A DNA stretch of 64,000 nt, taken from contig JBLDXI010000029.1 of NCBI GenBank assembly GCA_047495785.1, positions 1,674,001-1,738,000 on the forward strand. Reading direction: 5' to 3'. The notes under the pieces are model-generated. The model saw only the letters and a program-made list of their open reading frames with translations, was not told the DNA's origin and searched no databases. Positions 1 through 11,502 of the stretch are shown piece after piece. The position numbers and the translations under genes are program-made. Each line of letters opens with the position of its first letter. Position 1 is the first letter of the stretch. The DNA is from Lepidodermella squamata. Its lineage: Eukaryota; Animalia; Gastrotricha.

Positions 1-1057
1 CCCGCTGCCAATTTTGGAACCCGGCAAATTTCTGGAATAATATGATTTTGGTGTCAGCCATGTGCTTGCGTTATTATTCTCCCTTCTTTCAACCTTCACG
101 AATCAAAAGTTAAAAATATATCGAAGCTGAAGCTTTTCATGTATAATCCGAACTGTAATATTGGTTTGATTTATACTATCAGCAACATAAAGAGAGTCTG
201 TATTAAACTAAGAGAATTAACAGTGCAACACTTTCGGGTCTGACTAGTCCCGTTAGAAATAGTCTCATTCCAAGAAAATCCGCTTCAGGCTGTATTAGCT
301 AAATTTCACCTTAATTGTATGAAATAATAGTTCAAATTGAATGTTCTCTTCTGCCCATGTTGTAAGCAGGCGCAGACAAATCAGAGCCACGAAAACCTTA
401 AAAATCCGAATTGATTTCGAATTTCGAATTCGAACTTTGATCACACTTTCGAAAATGTGATATCAATTAAAAAATATCAGGTTAAACTAAAATTTACACA
501 TTTGCTTCGATCACATCCCCCACTGTGTACACGCGTAACGCAGAATAGCAGGTCAAACAAATAAATAATAAATAAATTATAATGGGGTTTGCAGCCGCAG
601 TCATTTGAATCCATGCAACTGGCGTGGCTTGGTCATTTTTTTTATTAATTTATTGTAACAATGGCAAACAAATAGTAACTGCCAGTAAAGCAGTTCACAG
701 CAGAATTATCGGGCTAATACGTTTTCTAAACAGCTGATTTTCTTCTTTCCAAAGTGAGATTCAGAATTGGGGGACCGGAGAATCGGGGAGGAATAAAAAC
801 ACCCAAAGTACTGGAGAGCTGTTCGAGTTGAGAGCAGGTTCTACGTCAGAACAAGCTTGCCAAATTGTTCGCGTGGTTGAGGTCCATGTTAAAGAAAACC
901 TTTCTATTAGTTTGTGAGCGTGATAGAACGTGATGTACGTGATTGCGCGTGCCATCACGCTTGTGCAATTACTTGATTAGCGAGATTGTATGCACTCGAA
1001 AGCATAAGAAAATACAAATTACCATAGAATACTCAATGTTCAACACTATTTCTATAT

Positions 1058-1257
1058 CATAGATTAAGCCCTCCTTTCTCCTCCTTTCGCCATTCCCCAC
1101 ACGACGTTAAGGGCATCTTCCTCACAAGTCAGCTAGCTAACTTATTCGCGTTGTTATGGTCCAATTAAAAAAATCCTGTCTAGCAGTTCGTGAACCCTGT
1201 ACGTGATAGCGCATAGCAAAGGAGGGGGCGCGGAGAAAGGCGGGCTTGAAATCTATG
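1058..1257. mobile_element. MITE (~200 bp) with imperfect terminal inverted repeats
   Basis: Left end CATAGATTAAGCCCTCCTTTCTCC is an imperfect reverse complement of right end GGAGAAAGGCGGGCTTGAAATCTATG. A second partial copy lies inverted at ~5858-5985. Confidence 0.7.
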
Positions 1258-1374
1258 TTATGGCTATCTAAGTTCAACCATTTAGTGGTTCCACGATGTC
1301 ATATTACTTCATAATACAATTATAGACTCCTACTCATACAATATCATACATGTATATAGTAATTTCCTCCAGTA

Positions 1375-1575
1375 CACCAGAAAAAATATTACCCTATTTT
1401 ATCTACCGAATGCATGAATTTAGTTTCGGTATCTGAATTCATGCTTTCAGTAGATAAATATCTGCATTTTTGTAGATGAATTAGGGTGATTTTGGGCATG
1501 ATCATAAATGCTGAAAATCGGTAAATTAGGAAGTCCCATTTTCTAGCACCCCACTTAGGGTGATTTTTTCTGGTG
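1375..1575. mobile_element. MITE (~200 bp), TA-flanked
   Basis: ta|CACCAGAAAAAAT ... ATTTTTTCTGGTG|ta; perfect 13-bp TIR plus internal inverted segments. Confidence 0.75.
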
Positions 1576-1834
1576 TAATGATATCAGAAATAAAAACAAA
1601 TCTGCTAGTGAAAAAACTGATAACATAGCTTCCTTGCGTCCGAAACGTCGCCTGAATTATAAATTGTGATTTCACAATAAATTAAGGAAACCCAACCCCA
1701 ACACCGGTTTCTTGAAGGGCTCGACGCTGCTACATCACACACATAAAATCAAGTTTTGAATATTATATTTGTGAAAAGTTGGAGAAAAAGTATAGCCTTC
1801 ATCTATTTCCGGGTGGCAGGGCCACGCCTGTGTA

Positions 1835-4800
1835 CTAACGAATTCCATATCCTTCGAATCGGTGATTGCCGCGCAGAACTTTTGTTGCTAGATGCAGCTC
1901 GCTGTTGGTAAACTTTTGCCATTCTCGGCAAAAAAGTGTGCTGATCGGGACGGCGGAAAACCCAAGTGAATACCAGGCCACGGTGGCCGTCAATGCAGAA
2001 GGTTGCGTCCAAAATATGCCAGCTGTAGCAATCTCAGCTACGACAAAAACTGTGCAGCCATACAAACAGATTTTCAGATACTTCGTGTCAGCAATGACCC
2101 CTGGCTTCTGTAAAAGTTATTCCATTGAGAAGCGAAATCAATGAATGAAACAAAATTACCGTTCTTAACAGGAGAATCAGAAACGTCGATCTCAGAATTG
2201 CAATGACATTTGCAACTGCGATCACTGCAATGATACCCTGAGTAACAGCTGTGTTCATGTTTACGGAGCATGAGTAATAAGAAAATTGGTAAGCAATGCT
2301 AGTGAATCTCGACGAGGGTGGAAGTTGTGATTTTACTATCGCAATAGATATTGGTCTAATGCCAAACCAAATGACCAGAGAAGCCGCGATTAGGCTTGTA
2401 TAACCGATGATGAAGCTGACCCCTTTCTTCGTCAACCTCACAACTTCCTTCTGCAAAAAAATATTCGAGGAGCGAACCGATGACATTGTGAGCATGTAAC
2501 GATCAGCGAGTATTGATGCAATTTCTAGCTTCACGTATAGACTTCCAAAAATCATGGAGAACCCAAGAAAAAGAAGAATATAGGAAAATGTACAACTCCA
2601 TCCTATGTTACTTCCGCTCCAAGTTGCTATGAAGAAAACATGACACTGAATCAACAAGCATCCAATCAGGATCGCAAAGTTAACGGCTGGCAAGATTCTT
2701 ATCGAGCCCAAGTAACGTTTGCTAATAATTTTGAGGCGGAGTAATCCAATCGTTATAATGACAAACACCAAACCAGTGGCTGATATAAAATGTAATATAT
2801 TTACTCATGCTTAAAATTTAAATCCAACCTACCGTAGAGCGATCCGCCAACGTATGCATCAATTAGAGGCTTCATGATAACAATGATTTTGAGGCTGTCT
2901 GGTGGTGGATTGCCATCATAAGTGCTCCAGATTACTGGACTTCTCGCAACAACTTTGTATCCCATCTCGTTGTCCTGCTGATAAGCAAGAACGGGAACTA
3001 AGCCCCACCCGCCCAGCGAATTCTGGCGCATCTGGGAAATGGCAGTCAAGGAATACCCTGCCGACCATCCTTTCGCCTCCATATCAGGATCCAATGGGTA
3101 GTCATTGATTAAACCGCGAAAGCCAACGTTATAAATGCTCGTCTCCATTACACGGATGAAGTCATTACCTGACTTCTTGAATTTCTCGCCTCCGGTGACC
3201 CAGTCTGAAAGCGTCTCATTACCTAATGAAATGTGGTGGAATTTAATTTCGGGTATATTTACACTTTTAATTTACGTTGATTGAGTAGTTTCTCCGTTTC
3301 ATTTAGCCAAAAAGCCGTGAATAGTATGTTTTCATACATTCGAAGTGGGTTACTTATCGAGCTAGTGATGCGTGGCGGGTTTTCGATTCGATCATCCATG
3401 ATTGAGTCAAAGTCACGAGCTGACAATCCCGTGATGTCCGTCATGTTTCCATCGGCCAGTTCGGTGTTAGTGAGAACTGTGAGGAAAAAGGTGTATCGCA
3501 GCATCTCGACCAGCATTTCGGTAGTACACCACTGTCGAGTCAAAGGCGCGTTTGAGTAGTCGCCTGGAGTGGCAACAGAGGTGGCAATAAAGACATAATT
3601 GGGACCATAAACCCCTGTTTTGTACAGCAAGCATAAATAATCCACGGAATAATCGCCAGGTACAACGATTATTCGGGCGTCATTTACTGTTGCTTCCTCA
3701 ATTGCTCTCGCCATCCTTGCTAACGGGTCTGGGCAGGGATAAGACAGATCGACCGCAGCGTATCCAACGAGGGTCAAGTTTAGGTGATCCATCTCGCTGA
3801 GGAGTCTTCGTTCACGCTTGAAAATGCACAGTCACTATCTGGTATTTAAGATTACTTTCTTATCAGTTACCTCAAGCAACTGAGCTGCGTCTGAATTTAT
3901 TTGATTGATGAATGCGGCCCTTGTCCAACCGTTTTGCTTCATGAAGTGGGCGATCGCTGCTTGTCTGTCGACAAATGTTGTTCCGAAAGCGTAAAATGCT
4001 CGATTTAAGGCGCGGTCACTCATAATATCAGCATTTGCATAACAGGCAGACTGCAATCAAGCGTAGGTATATTATATAATATACGGAAGACAAAAAGGGT
4101 TTATAATCGCCTGAAGGCTTATATATTTCGGCCTGAGGCGCAGCACTATCAGCACTATTTAAACCCATATAACCTGATTGGCTTCCGTATATGTGTGTTA
4201 TCCGGGTCGAATCGTAAAATTTTCAGGGTTACTAGTATCGTATGGTACACTCTCGCAGAATTTCTATTGATTTGATTTGAAATTAAAAGATCCAACTTAA
4301 AAAAATCATGAAATTTGTTTCTTGCTCATTTTTTTCTCGCATTCTTCATTTTGCGAGTTTTTGGTTCGTTTTTCACAACGAATTTTCCGCATTTCTGGGA
4401 CGCCAAACAAATTGCTGGTGCTGAATCTTGCAATCGGGCTCTCGCACTGGTTCTGCTCGATTGGCTTCCGATGGCTATTAATGCGACTATCAATGGCAAC
4501 TCGGTTTGCAGAGCTGCTTCTAAATCGACGAAGAACACGATCGACGAAATCTTGAACGAATAGCTGCAATTTGTCACGGTTTCAGCAAACGCCCGACAAG
4601 ACTTGCTCGAATTCGTCTACTTCGCTCGATTCGCTGTGTCTTCTAGCTTTCACTGCCACAATCGATGCCGTGTTGCGATTTCTGGAATCCAATGCTGCCC
4701 GAGCTCTCTCGGATTTCATGGAAAGCTGGCCGATTGTTTTTTATTTCCGCGACATGTTGGACGAATTCTGCGCGAATTTCGCCAATTTCTGGACGAATTC

Positions 4801-5705
4801 TGCCCGAATTTCCCGAGCTCGTGGCTAAGTGCTGTTTGATTGGGGTGAATGCTGCCCGATTCGATGCCTGGCTTGTGCAATTTCTCCCGAAATTATGCCA
4901 AATTTTTCGCGATTCTTAATAAAATCGTTTTGGAGTGTTTGAAGTTTTTAGGGTTTCTCTTGTGTGTTTGACAAGTGGGGTTTTTGGTGATATTTTTTGG
5001 ACAGGCAGGGATTTTTTTGATATTTTTATATCAAAAAATGCCCGCCAGTTTAGAAAATATCAAAAAATTCCTGCTTGGAAGAAGGTTTTATGAGTTTATA
5101 ATTCGGCCATTAAGAAGGCATATTTTACGATACGATCCGGATAATAACCAGCAATAAACAAAAAATCTTATCGCATACCCCTGAAAAATTGTAATGATGG
5201 AAAACTGGTGGTTGTTTACGCCAGCCGCTGTTGAAACCTGCAAATACCGGCAACCGATCCAACTTTCCCGGCTCATGCAGTATTGGCATCAAACGGATTA
5301 AAGGGCTCGTGAAATACTATAAAGATGTGGACATCTTAGTTATAAATCTCTCTCCCTTTTTAAAGAAGGGTTACTAACCAACATATTCTCAGCCTCGTCG
5401 TATACATCAAGCACAAGTTCGTATTTTGGTAGTAGATTGGGGATCAGTTGCACGCGTTCAAGAGCCAATTGCATCGCCATGGAGCCAAGAGGACCTCTAG
5501 ACACCACCGGTGCGTAGGGGCTCATAGTCATGTTGTAGAAAAGTAAAGTGACTATGCCTATTTGCTTGCGAGAGGTCGTAGTTTGATTGCCTTGGGACGC
5601 TGTTAATCTAGCGGGCAACCTCGACTTGAGCATTGATAACTTGACTGTCTCGGTTTGAAGTATGGCTATGGCGAGTAACACGCAGACTCCGATTATTTTC
5701 CTCAT
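1835..5705 (-). CDS. Multi-exon class C GPCR, GABA-B-like architecture (Venus flytrap + 7TM, no Cys-rich linker)
   Basis: Signal peptide MRKIIGVCVLLAIAIL at 5705. VFT motifs in ORF pieces: AMQLALERV..LLPKYEL, FMKQNGWTRAA, ARIIV..CLLYKTGVYGPNYVFI. 7TM pieces (GFSMIFGSLYVK) at 2088-2771 and 1835-2065. Exon boundaries near 4150-5180 are uncertain. Confidence 0.8.
4198..5144. mobile_element. ~950 bp non-autonomous TIR element inside the GPCR gene
   Basis: TTATCCGGGTCGAATCGTAAAAT (4198) vs ATTTTACGATACGATCCGGATAA (ends 5144): 23-bp TIR with 2 mismatches. Interior has degenerate GACGAATTCTGC repeats. Confidence 0.65.
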
Positions 5706-5857
5706 TTTGTTGAAAAAAAGTGAGATTGATGGCGAATGCATGCAAGTGAATCTTTGGTCTCTTTCGAGTGCACACAATCTGACTAATCAGGTAATTGCAC
5801 AACGTACGTCACGTTCTATCCGCAGACAGGTTTTTTAACTTCAGCACTATTTCTGCA

Positions 5858-5985
5858 ACATAAATTGCAAGCCCGCCCTTCTCCGCGTCCCATCTTTTGT
5901 CACGCGCTATGCTATCACGTACAGGGTTCACGAACTGATAGCCAGGATATTTTTTAATTGGACCTTAACCACGCGAACAAGTTAT
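5858..5985. mobile_element. Partial inverted copy of the 1058-1257 MITE
   Basis: Reverse complement matches ~1135-1257 (GGTCCAATTAAAAAA..CAGTTCGTGAACCCTGTACGTGATAGC..GCGGAGAA.GGCGGGCTTG). Confidence 0.75.
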
Positions 5986-6538
5986 CATCACCTCATCAGT
6001 ATATTTGCCAGCTTTCTTCATTTCATCACAAAACGCAACGAAATCGATTAGCTTTTCAACGTGATCTGGCGCTAGCTTCTGACAAGTCGTCGTTCTTATT
6101 CGAATCGTCATATTATGTCTTGTCAAGACTTTGGCGATCCAACCATTAGAGGCCCTAAATGGCGCATCAACCATCAACACCACACTCGGCGCGTACTGCA
6201 ACCTTGCTTGGTTTCCAAATGTAAAAACTGATTAAAATAACTGAAAATGACGTTGGGAACAATTCGGATCGCTCATTGGGATATCTCGATCGGCAATTGG
6301 GAGAAATTGCCTTATACGATACGACATACACATTGAAAAGCATGAATATCAAACACATGATTTCATGACAAAAACGTTATTTCGGGTCGCAAAAGTCCTT
6401 GTATTTCATGCCTCTGAAGTTAGGGCTCGATTCTGTCCCCAAATTCATTTCGCGTGCTGAGTTTCATGGGTTTGAAAACTCAATGTTGCCTTTTTTCCTG
6501 TGTTCTTAACGAGGGGGCTTATATTTCGATAACTACGG
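5986..6538 (-). mobile_element. Truncated pogo/Tc2-type transposon: terminus plus CENP-B-type HTH transposase fragment
   Basis: Minus-strand end ta|CCGTAGTTATCGAAATATAAGCCCCCTCG matches the TIR family at 54029. ORF 5965-6201 reads FRASNGWIAKVLTRHNMTIRIRTTTCQKL..VEKLIDF, the F.AS.GW...RH....R..T..QKL signature of pogo/Tc5 HTH domains. It breaks off before the DDD domain. Confidence 0.8.
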
Positions 6539-6580
6539 TATTTGTATCATGCCTAACTGATAATATATGAGATTCTTATT

Positions 6581-6654
6581 CGGCACCTTTCGGCACCATT
6601 CGGCACCATTCGGCACCATTCGGCACCTTTCGGCACCATTCGGCACCACTCGGC
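6581..6654 (+). repeat. 10-bp tandem array (CGGCACCATT) x7.4
   Basis: Read directly: cggcaccttt cggcaccatt cggcaccatt cggcaccatt cggcaccttt cggcaccatt cggcaccact cggc. Confidence 0.97.
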
Positions 6655-6821
6655 CTTGCGCGCTGTTTAAACGCTGCGGAAAGATAGAAAGCGCTGAAGA
6701 ATAAATAAATAATAAAAAAATATAAATACATCTTCTATAAATATATAAAAAATAAAAAATATTATTTGTTTTGGCGTTTTTTTTGAATCGAAACGAGTCG
6801 TTGGTTACGAACAAAGAAGTC

Positions 6822-6871
6822 GGTAGCCGGTTACGACATAGGTAGCCGGTTACGGCATAGGTAGCCGGTTA
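6822..6871 (+). repeat. 19-bp tandem array (GGTAGCCGGTTACGRCATA) x2.6
   Basis: Units start at 6822, 6841 and 6860. Confidence 0.95.
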
Positions 6872-6970
6872 TGAAGTCTCACTGTGCAGAGCTGCAACCG
6901 TTATTCACTAGAACTTTATCCATCGATATTCTGCGACTATTTCTTCTGCTACACACAGTTATTCACAGTT

Positions 6971-7294
6971 ATGCCGATTTTTAACCCGTTCCACGCATCC
7001 TCTTGGGTGTTGGGTGGCGAAAACATCCCAAAAAATAACTCTGACATTGTTGTCTCGACGACGCTACCTGTGCCTGCTACAAGCAATGACACAGTTCTTA
7101 ACTCAATTTTAAATCTCGGCTGTGAAACGCATGCTCTTGCGATAACGATTGCATGCTTATCCATAACTTTGATCGCTATGACTGCAGTCTTCCTTGGTTG
7201 GTACCTCCGACGATTTCGCTGTTGCTGCAAAGCTAAGCCTAGCTGGAGATCATATTCTAATGGCCATACTCCGCTCACCAATACCCGATTTTAA
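6971..7294 (+). CDS. Small single-pass membrane protein (107 aa), unknown function
   Basis: ATG at 6971. S/T-rich N-terminus with sequons NNS and NDT, hydrophobic helix ALAITIACLSITLIAMTAVFLGWYL, then RRFRCCCK (positive-inside, palmitoylation-like). Confidence 0.55.
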   Translation: MPIFNPFHASSWVLGGENIPKNNSDIVVSTTLPVPATSNDTVLNSILNLGCETHALAITIACLSITLIAMTAVFLGWYLRRFRCCCKAKPSWRSYSNGHTPLTNTRF

Positions 7295-7717
7295 GTTAAT
7301 AATTTTACATTTTCTCTCTAGCATGAACGCATCAGCATTTTTAAAGTATTCTAATATGGACACTTCTATCTTCAGGTATGCCCCGCCCTACCAGCCGACG
7401 GAGGTCAAAATGCTCGCTGAGGTGTATCTGGCTCACCTCTTGATGGCGGTGTTATGGGGCTTCATGATGGGAAAGCTGATGTGACATCTGACTACTGACA
7501 TTCCTGTGAATTATCTACTATCGTGAAATCTATCTGAAAATATTTGCAATATCTATTTACATTCGCCGTTTTACAGCGGTACCAGTGAACAAAATGAACC
7601 TGTTTGCGTTCTAGTTTAGTCAATATATTCGCAATGGAGTTACATTTTTGCAACATTTTACTCTCAATAATATCAATTAAAGAATTCCATTCCTGATGTT
7701 TTTTAGACTTTTTCATC

Positions 7718-8891
7718 ATGTTTGTTCTGCTTCTCATCGTTTCGATTGCGAGCTCATTTGCTGATCCTGCTTCCGACGATTTCAAACTTCTCGACATATT
7801 CAAGTTAGATGACGAGAGTGTGGACCATATCATCAATAAGCGCGATGTCGCAGTAGAAAAGCAAGATACGCCGGAATTGTTCGAGCTGATAAGTGGCATG
7901 CAGTACGTCAGCAGCTACAGATCAGGTCCCAATGAATGTTTTGCTAACTTCACAAATATTGGTAAATGCATGTGGTCTGGCCAGACTTTATTTTCAGTTT
8001 ATTTTTTACTTTGCAGCGGAGAAAATGTGCAAATGGCCACTGACGCCGTCAGTTTGGGACGAGCTATCCTTCAAAATGCTTTCATGCATTCATTCCCACA
8101 ACTGTCATTCAATCACTTGTGTAACGAGACTGGATGACGACGCAATAAGGACATGGGCAACGATGCTCGGAGTCATTAGCCCAATCTGCGCATACTTCAC
8201 GACAAACTTCTCAACTTTCGCGTTTTCACACACATCATCTTTGTTTGAATCGTATAGCGCTGACGGAAATACTGCTATGCAGTTCATGCATCGTTTGCTT
8301 CGATTTCTTGGCCAGTTTCGCCCCATTCAGTTTCTCGTTTGCCATTTTTGGCCATTTTACCAGTTTCAGCCGGTTTTCACTGCCACGCATTACATCCCTC
8401 ACGTGATTTTCATCATTTTTGCTATGTGGAAGCAGTCACAACGAGGTTTTATTGCCGCAACGGTGAGCTTAGCCATCGAGCTTTTTTATACTCGCATTAT
8501 TTCTTATTGGCTCGGCAGAATTCTTTCTTTGATTTATCTGGATTTTTACACCGTGTCAATCTTTACGAGATATTTTATTCTCTTCGCTTTCTTTGGCCTC
8601 AAATCATTCCTCTGTTTCTATTACCTGGGCAATTTTTGTATTTTCATCTGGTCAACAACTTTTCTATACATCCGAAATATGTTCAGAGGCGATAAAATAG
8701 TTCACATTGAAATTGATACCAAAACGGTAAATCCTGAAAGTGAAGCTAAAACAGTTCAATTTGTAATTGAGGCCAAGGCACAAGATGACACAAAAGAATG
8801 CTCCTGCATGCACGGTGGCTGCGTGGCAACTAAAACTGCATCTGGTTGCTCTGGCTGTGGCAGGAGAGTGTCAAGCAGAAAGCGCAAGTGA
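7718..8891 (+). CDS. GEX1/Brambleberry/Kar5-like membrane protein, short form (exons 7718-7961, 8017-8891; 372 aa)
   Basis: A 55-nt GT-AG intron (7962-8016) joins the two ORFs in frame. Signal peptide, then C-x11-C-x18-C-x5-C-x4-C-x22-C with CVTRLDDDAIRTW...IC, about 3 TM helices, and a Cys-rich basic tail. Confidence 0.65.
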
Positions 8892-9161
8892 ACGAAAATC
8901 TCTCAGTTTTTTCAACTATTATTTGTATCACCCAAAATACTTTTTCAATCTAATCATATTTCCGAGTCGAGATTTTTCTCGTACATTTTTCTTACGCTTC
9001 AATAACAAAATTTTCATTGCTTCTGTCATTTCTTCTTGATTAATTATTTCAGTTTCCTTATTGCGTTTCTTATAGCGGCTCATAAAAATGTCCTGTTAAT
9101 CCAATTAAACCTTCAGGAAAAATAGCTGAACGTTTGTTTTCCATTCTTAGAAAAATTTACC

Positions 9162-11502
9162 ATGAGTGATATTCCGAACGCTGGAGAGGCTGCTGGCATC
9201 AATCCAGAAGCAAAACGAAGCGATAAGAATCTTGTGCGCGAGGAGAACGGTCGATTCGCACCTCAACTACCTTACAGTCGAAGAAATAGGATCAAACGCA
9301 ACTTGAATCGATTCTGCATCTTTTGCAAATTGAGCTTCTCAACAAGTTACCTGAAAAAGCATATAATGAAGTTTTGCGCGGACGCTAAGGTGGCTCCGGC
9401 AGCAGCAGTGGAAGAGGCTGTACGAAATGTTAGACGTGCCGTTATCGACAAAAATGTGTCCAACAAGCGTCCCGCCTCACCTGCTAAATCAAAACGTCCG
9501 TTTACAAATTTGGAAAACTTCTACACTCCAGGTGATGTTCAGAACAAAGCCTCAAAGCGCGCAGACGAAACATCACGCAATGAAATAAGCTGTCATATTT
9601 GTAACTCACTGCTATCTCAATCTGGGACTTCTTCTTCTGACATGAGCTGCAATTGCGGGCTTTCCAAGACTTCAAATCTGCCGGCTCAATCTGTCCGCGG
9701 GTCGCCGCAAGATTCTGAGCTTGGAACAAGCTGCCGCTGCTCTCGGTGTGGTTTGTCTACCCCTGCAAATCGTCATTCAACTGCTGCCTCTTCATCAAAT
9801 GAGAGTTGCCGATGCGAGTTTCCCTTAGGTAAAAAACTTTACTCGCTATAATGCCGGTTTTCATTTTCACTTTCAAATAACAGACGGAATACCCTATGAT
9901 TCTTCGACGCCTATCTTTCCAAGCGCAGTTGCGAGAAATTCATCTCACCCAGTTGGTTTTCGAAAACACGTTGACAGCATCAACTTGGTTCGTGCATCGA
10001 ATGCAGAAGATACTGGCGAAAGCAGCTTTGATGGCGAACAGAGCGGAAGCGACGCGCTTGAGACTGGCGAAAGCAGCTTTGATGGTGAACAGAGTGGAAG
10101 CGATGCGCTTAACTCAAGCTTTTCCAGCTTTTCATCGGATGACGACGACGATCCATTTCCTGCTACATTTGCTCACATGAAATCGCTACTAACCGCTGGT
10201 CTTTCCGAAATACCCATGCCAGCTACCACGTTAGCGAAAAAAGGTGCCGTAACAACAGGGCCGACTCGCCATCAACCTTCGATCAAAATCCCTGGCCCGT
10301 TGAAATGTATTTCAACTAGTTCTTTCGAGCAGAACGTAGCTTCTGGGTCCACCAACTCTGGCCCAACACGCAATTCTATGTCCAAGGACCTATTCAATCT
10401 GCTGAGGGTTCGGTACGGCGATCGTAATTTCATGATCTATAAGCACCAAGAACCACGGAACCAGAAAACAGTTGAAACCAGGTCTTCGGGGCTGAAGACA
10501 GTCGTCGAGTTGAGCGGTATTCAATGTCTGGCAGATATGTTCAACGTGGATTTATGGTTCGACTTTTTTCAAAGTGAAAAATCCATCTCTAGTAAATGGA
10601 AAAAAGTCGACAAAGTTAAACCTTCAACTTCCCACGGAAGATTGATTGCTGCTCGTGATTTTCTCTTAAAATACCGGGATGGGTTTTTAATTGATCGGAG
10701 GGAGACTACCAAGGCAGAGCGTGACGCATGCGACGAAGTCATCAAGGATTGTCTCGACCCCCAAATCAAAATATTGAATAGCCTTCGATGGAAGGCTAAT
10801 CAGGTTCGAAAGCATGTGCGTATAACTGAAAACGTCACCATCTTCACTGCCCTTAAGTATGGTCAATTTATCGAAGAATTTATCGCCAGTATGGAATCTC
10901 AAGGTCTTAAGGTTCCATACACCTACCGAGTCGCGTTGATCGCCGTCAAAATGAACGCGAAGAACGGTTGTCGGCCTACTAGTATATTTGGCATGAAACT
11001 GGACGAGTTTGAAGATGGTCGGAGTGAAATCCCTGGGACTAAAACTGTTTATGTAGGTGACACGAAGCTTTCACATGGCTGCTTCCCTTACGTCACTCTT
11101 GATGATGAGCTGATCAACTTGTACACAGAATATCTTGAAAAATATCGCCCTAAGCCCCAAAATTCTGAAAGTGAACCATACGTCCTTCTTCGTCGTGACG
11201 GCATGAAGTTCGAGAAGCTCAATTATTATGCCAATGCCTTGTGGGAAAGATTCCTGTTGAGCTTGCCTGAATCCGAACGGCCCAATAATGTCACCTCATT
11301 TAAGTTCTCCATGCAAAGACGCATGATGCAAACAGCTTTCCGTAATAATCGAGTTCGTGATTTGACGCCGGAGATGAAATTAATGGTAGATCAGTTTCTG
11401 CATCACACCGAGACTACTGCTGTTGCATCGTACCAGCAATACTCGGCGCCTACTGACCACGCTTTTATTTTTGCCAAGTTCAATTCATTTATGCGTAGCT
11501 GA
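9162..11502 (+). CDS. Zn-finger + tyrosine recombinase (exons 9162-9828, 9884-11502; 761 aa)
   Basis: A 55-nt phase-1 intron (9829-9883) fuses the ORFs in frame. N-terminal CxxC..H..C finger (FCIFCKLSFSTSYLKKHIMKFC). YR motifs: NGCRPTSI (R, 10972), GDTK (K), FSMQRR (R, 11317), FLHHTETTAVASY (H-x8-Y; Tyr at 11431). Confidence 0.85.
10012..10110 (+). repeat. 51-bp in-frame duplication (TGESSFDGEQSGSDAL x2) in the YR linker
   Basis: Units start at 10012 and 10063. Confidence 0.95.

Noticed and set aside
4306-4919. Cluster of overlapping short ORFs
   Set aside because: They lie inside the TIR element; no recognisable domain, probably decayed sequence.
6533-6814. 93-aa minus-strand ORF
   Set aside because: It is just the translation of the 10-bp repeat and the AT tract.
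6581-6871. Tandem arrays as a CRISPR array
   Set aside because: Units are contiguous with no unique spacers, there are no cas genes, and the context is eukaryotic.
9162-11502. YR as bacterial/phage contamination or a DIRS retroelement
   Set aside because: It has a spliceosomal intron, is contiguous with animal genes, and no RT/RNase H or gag was seen.
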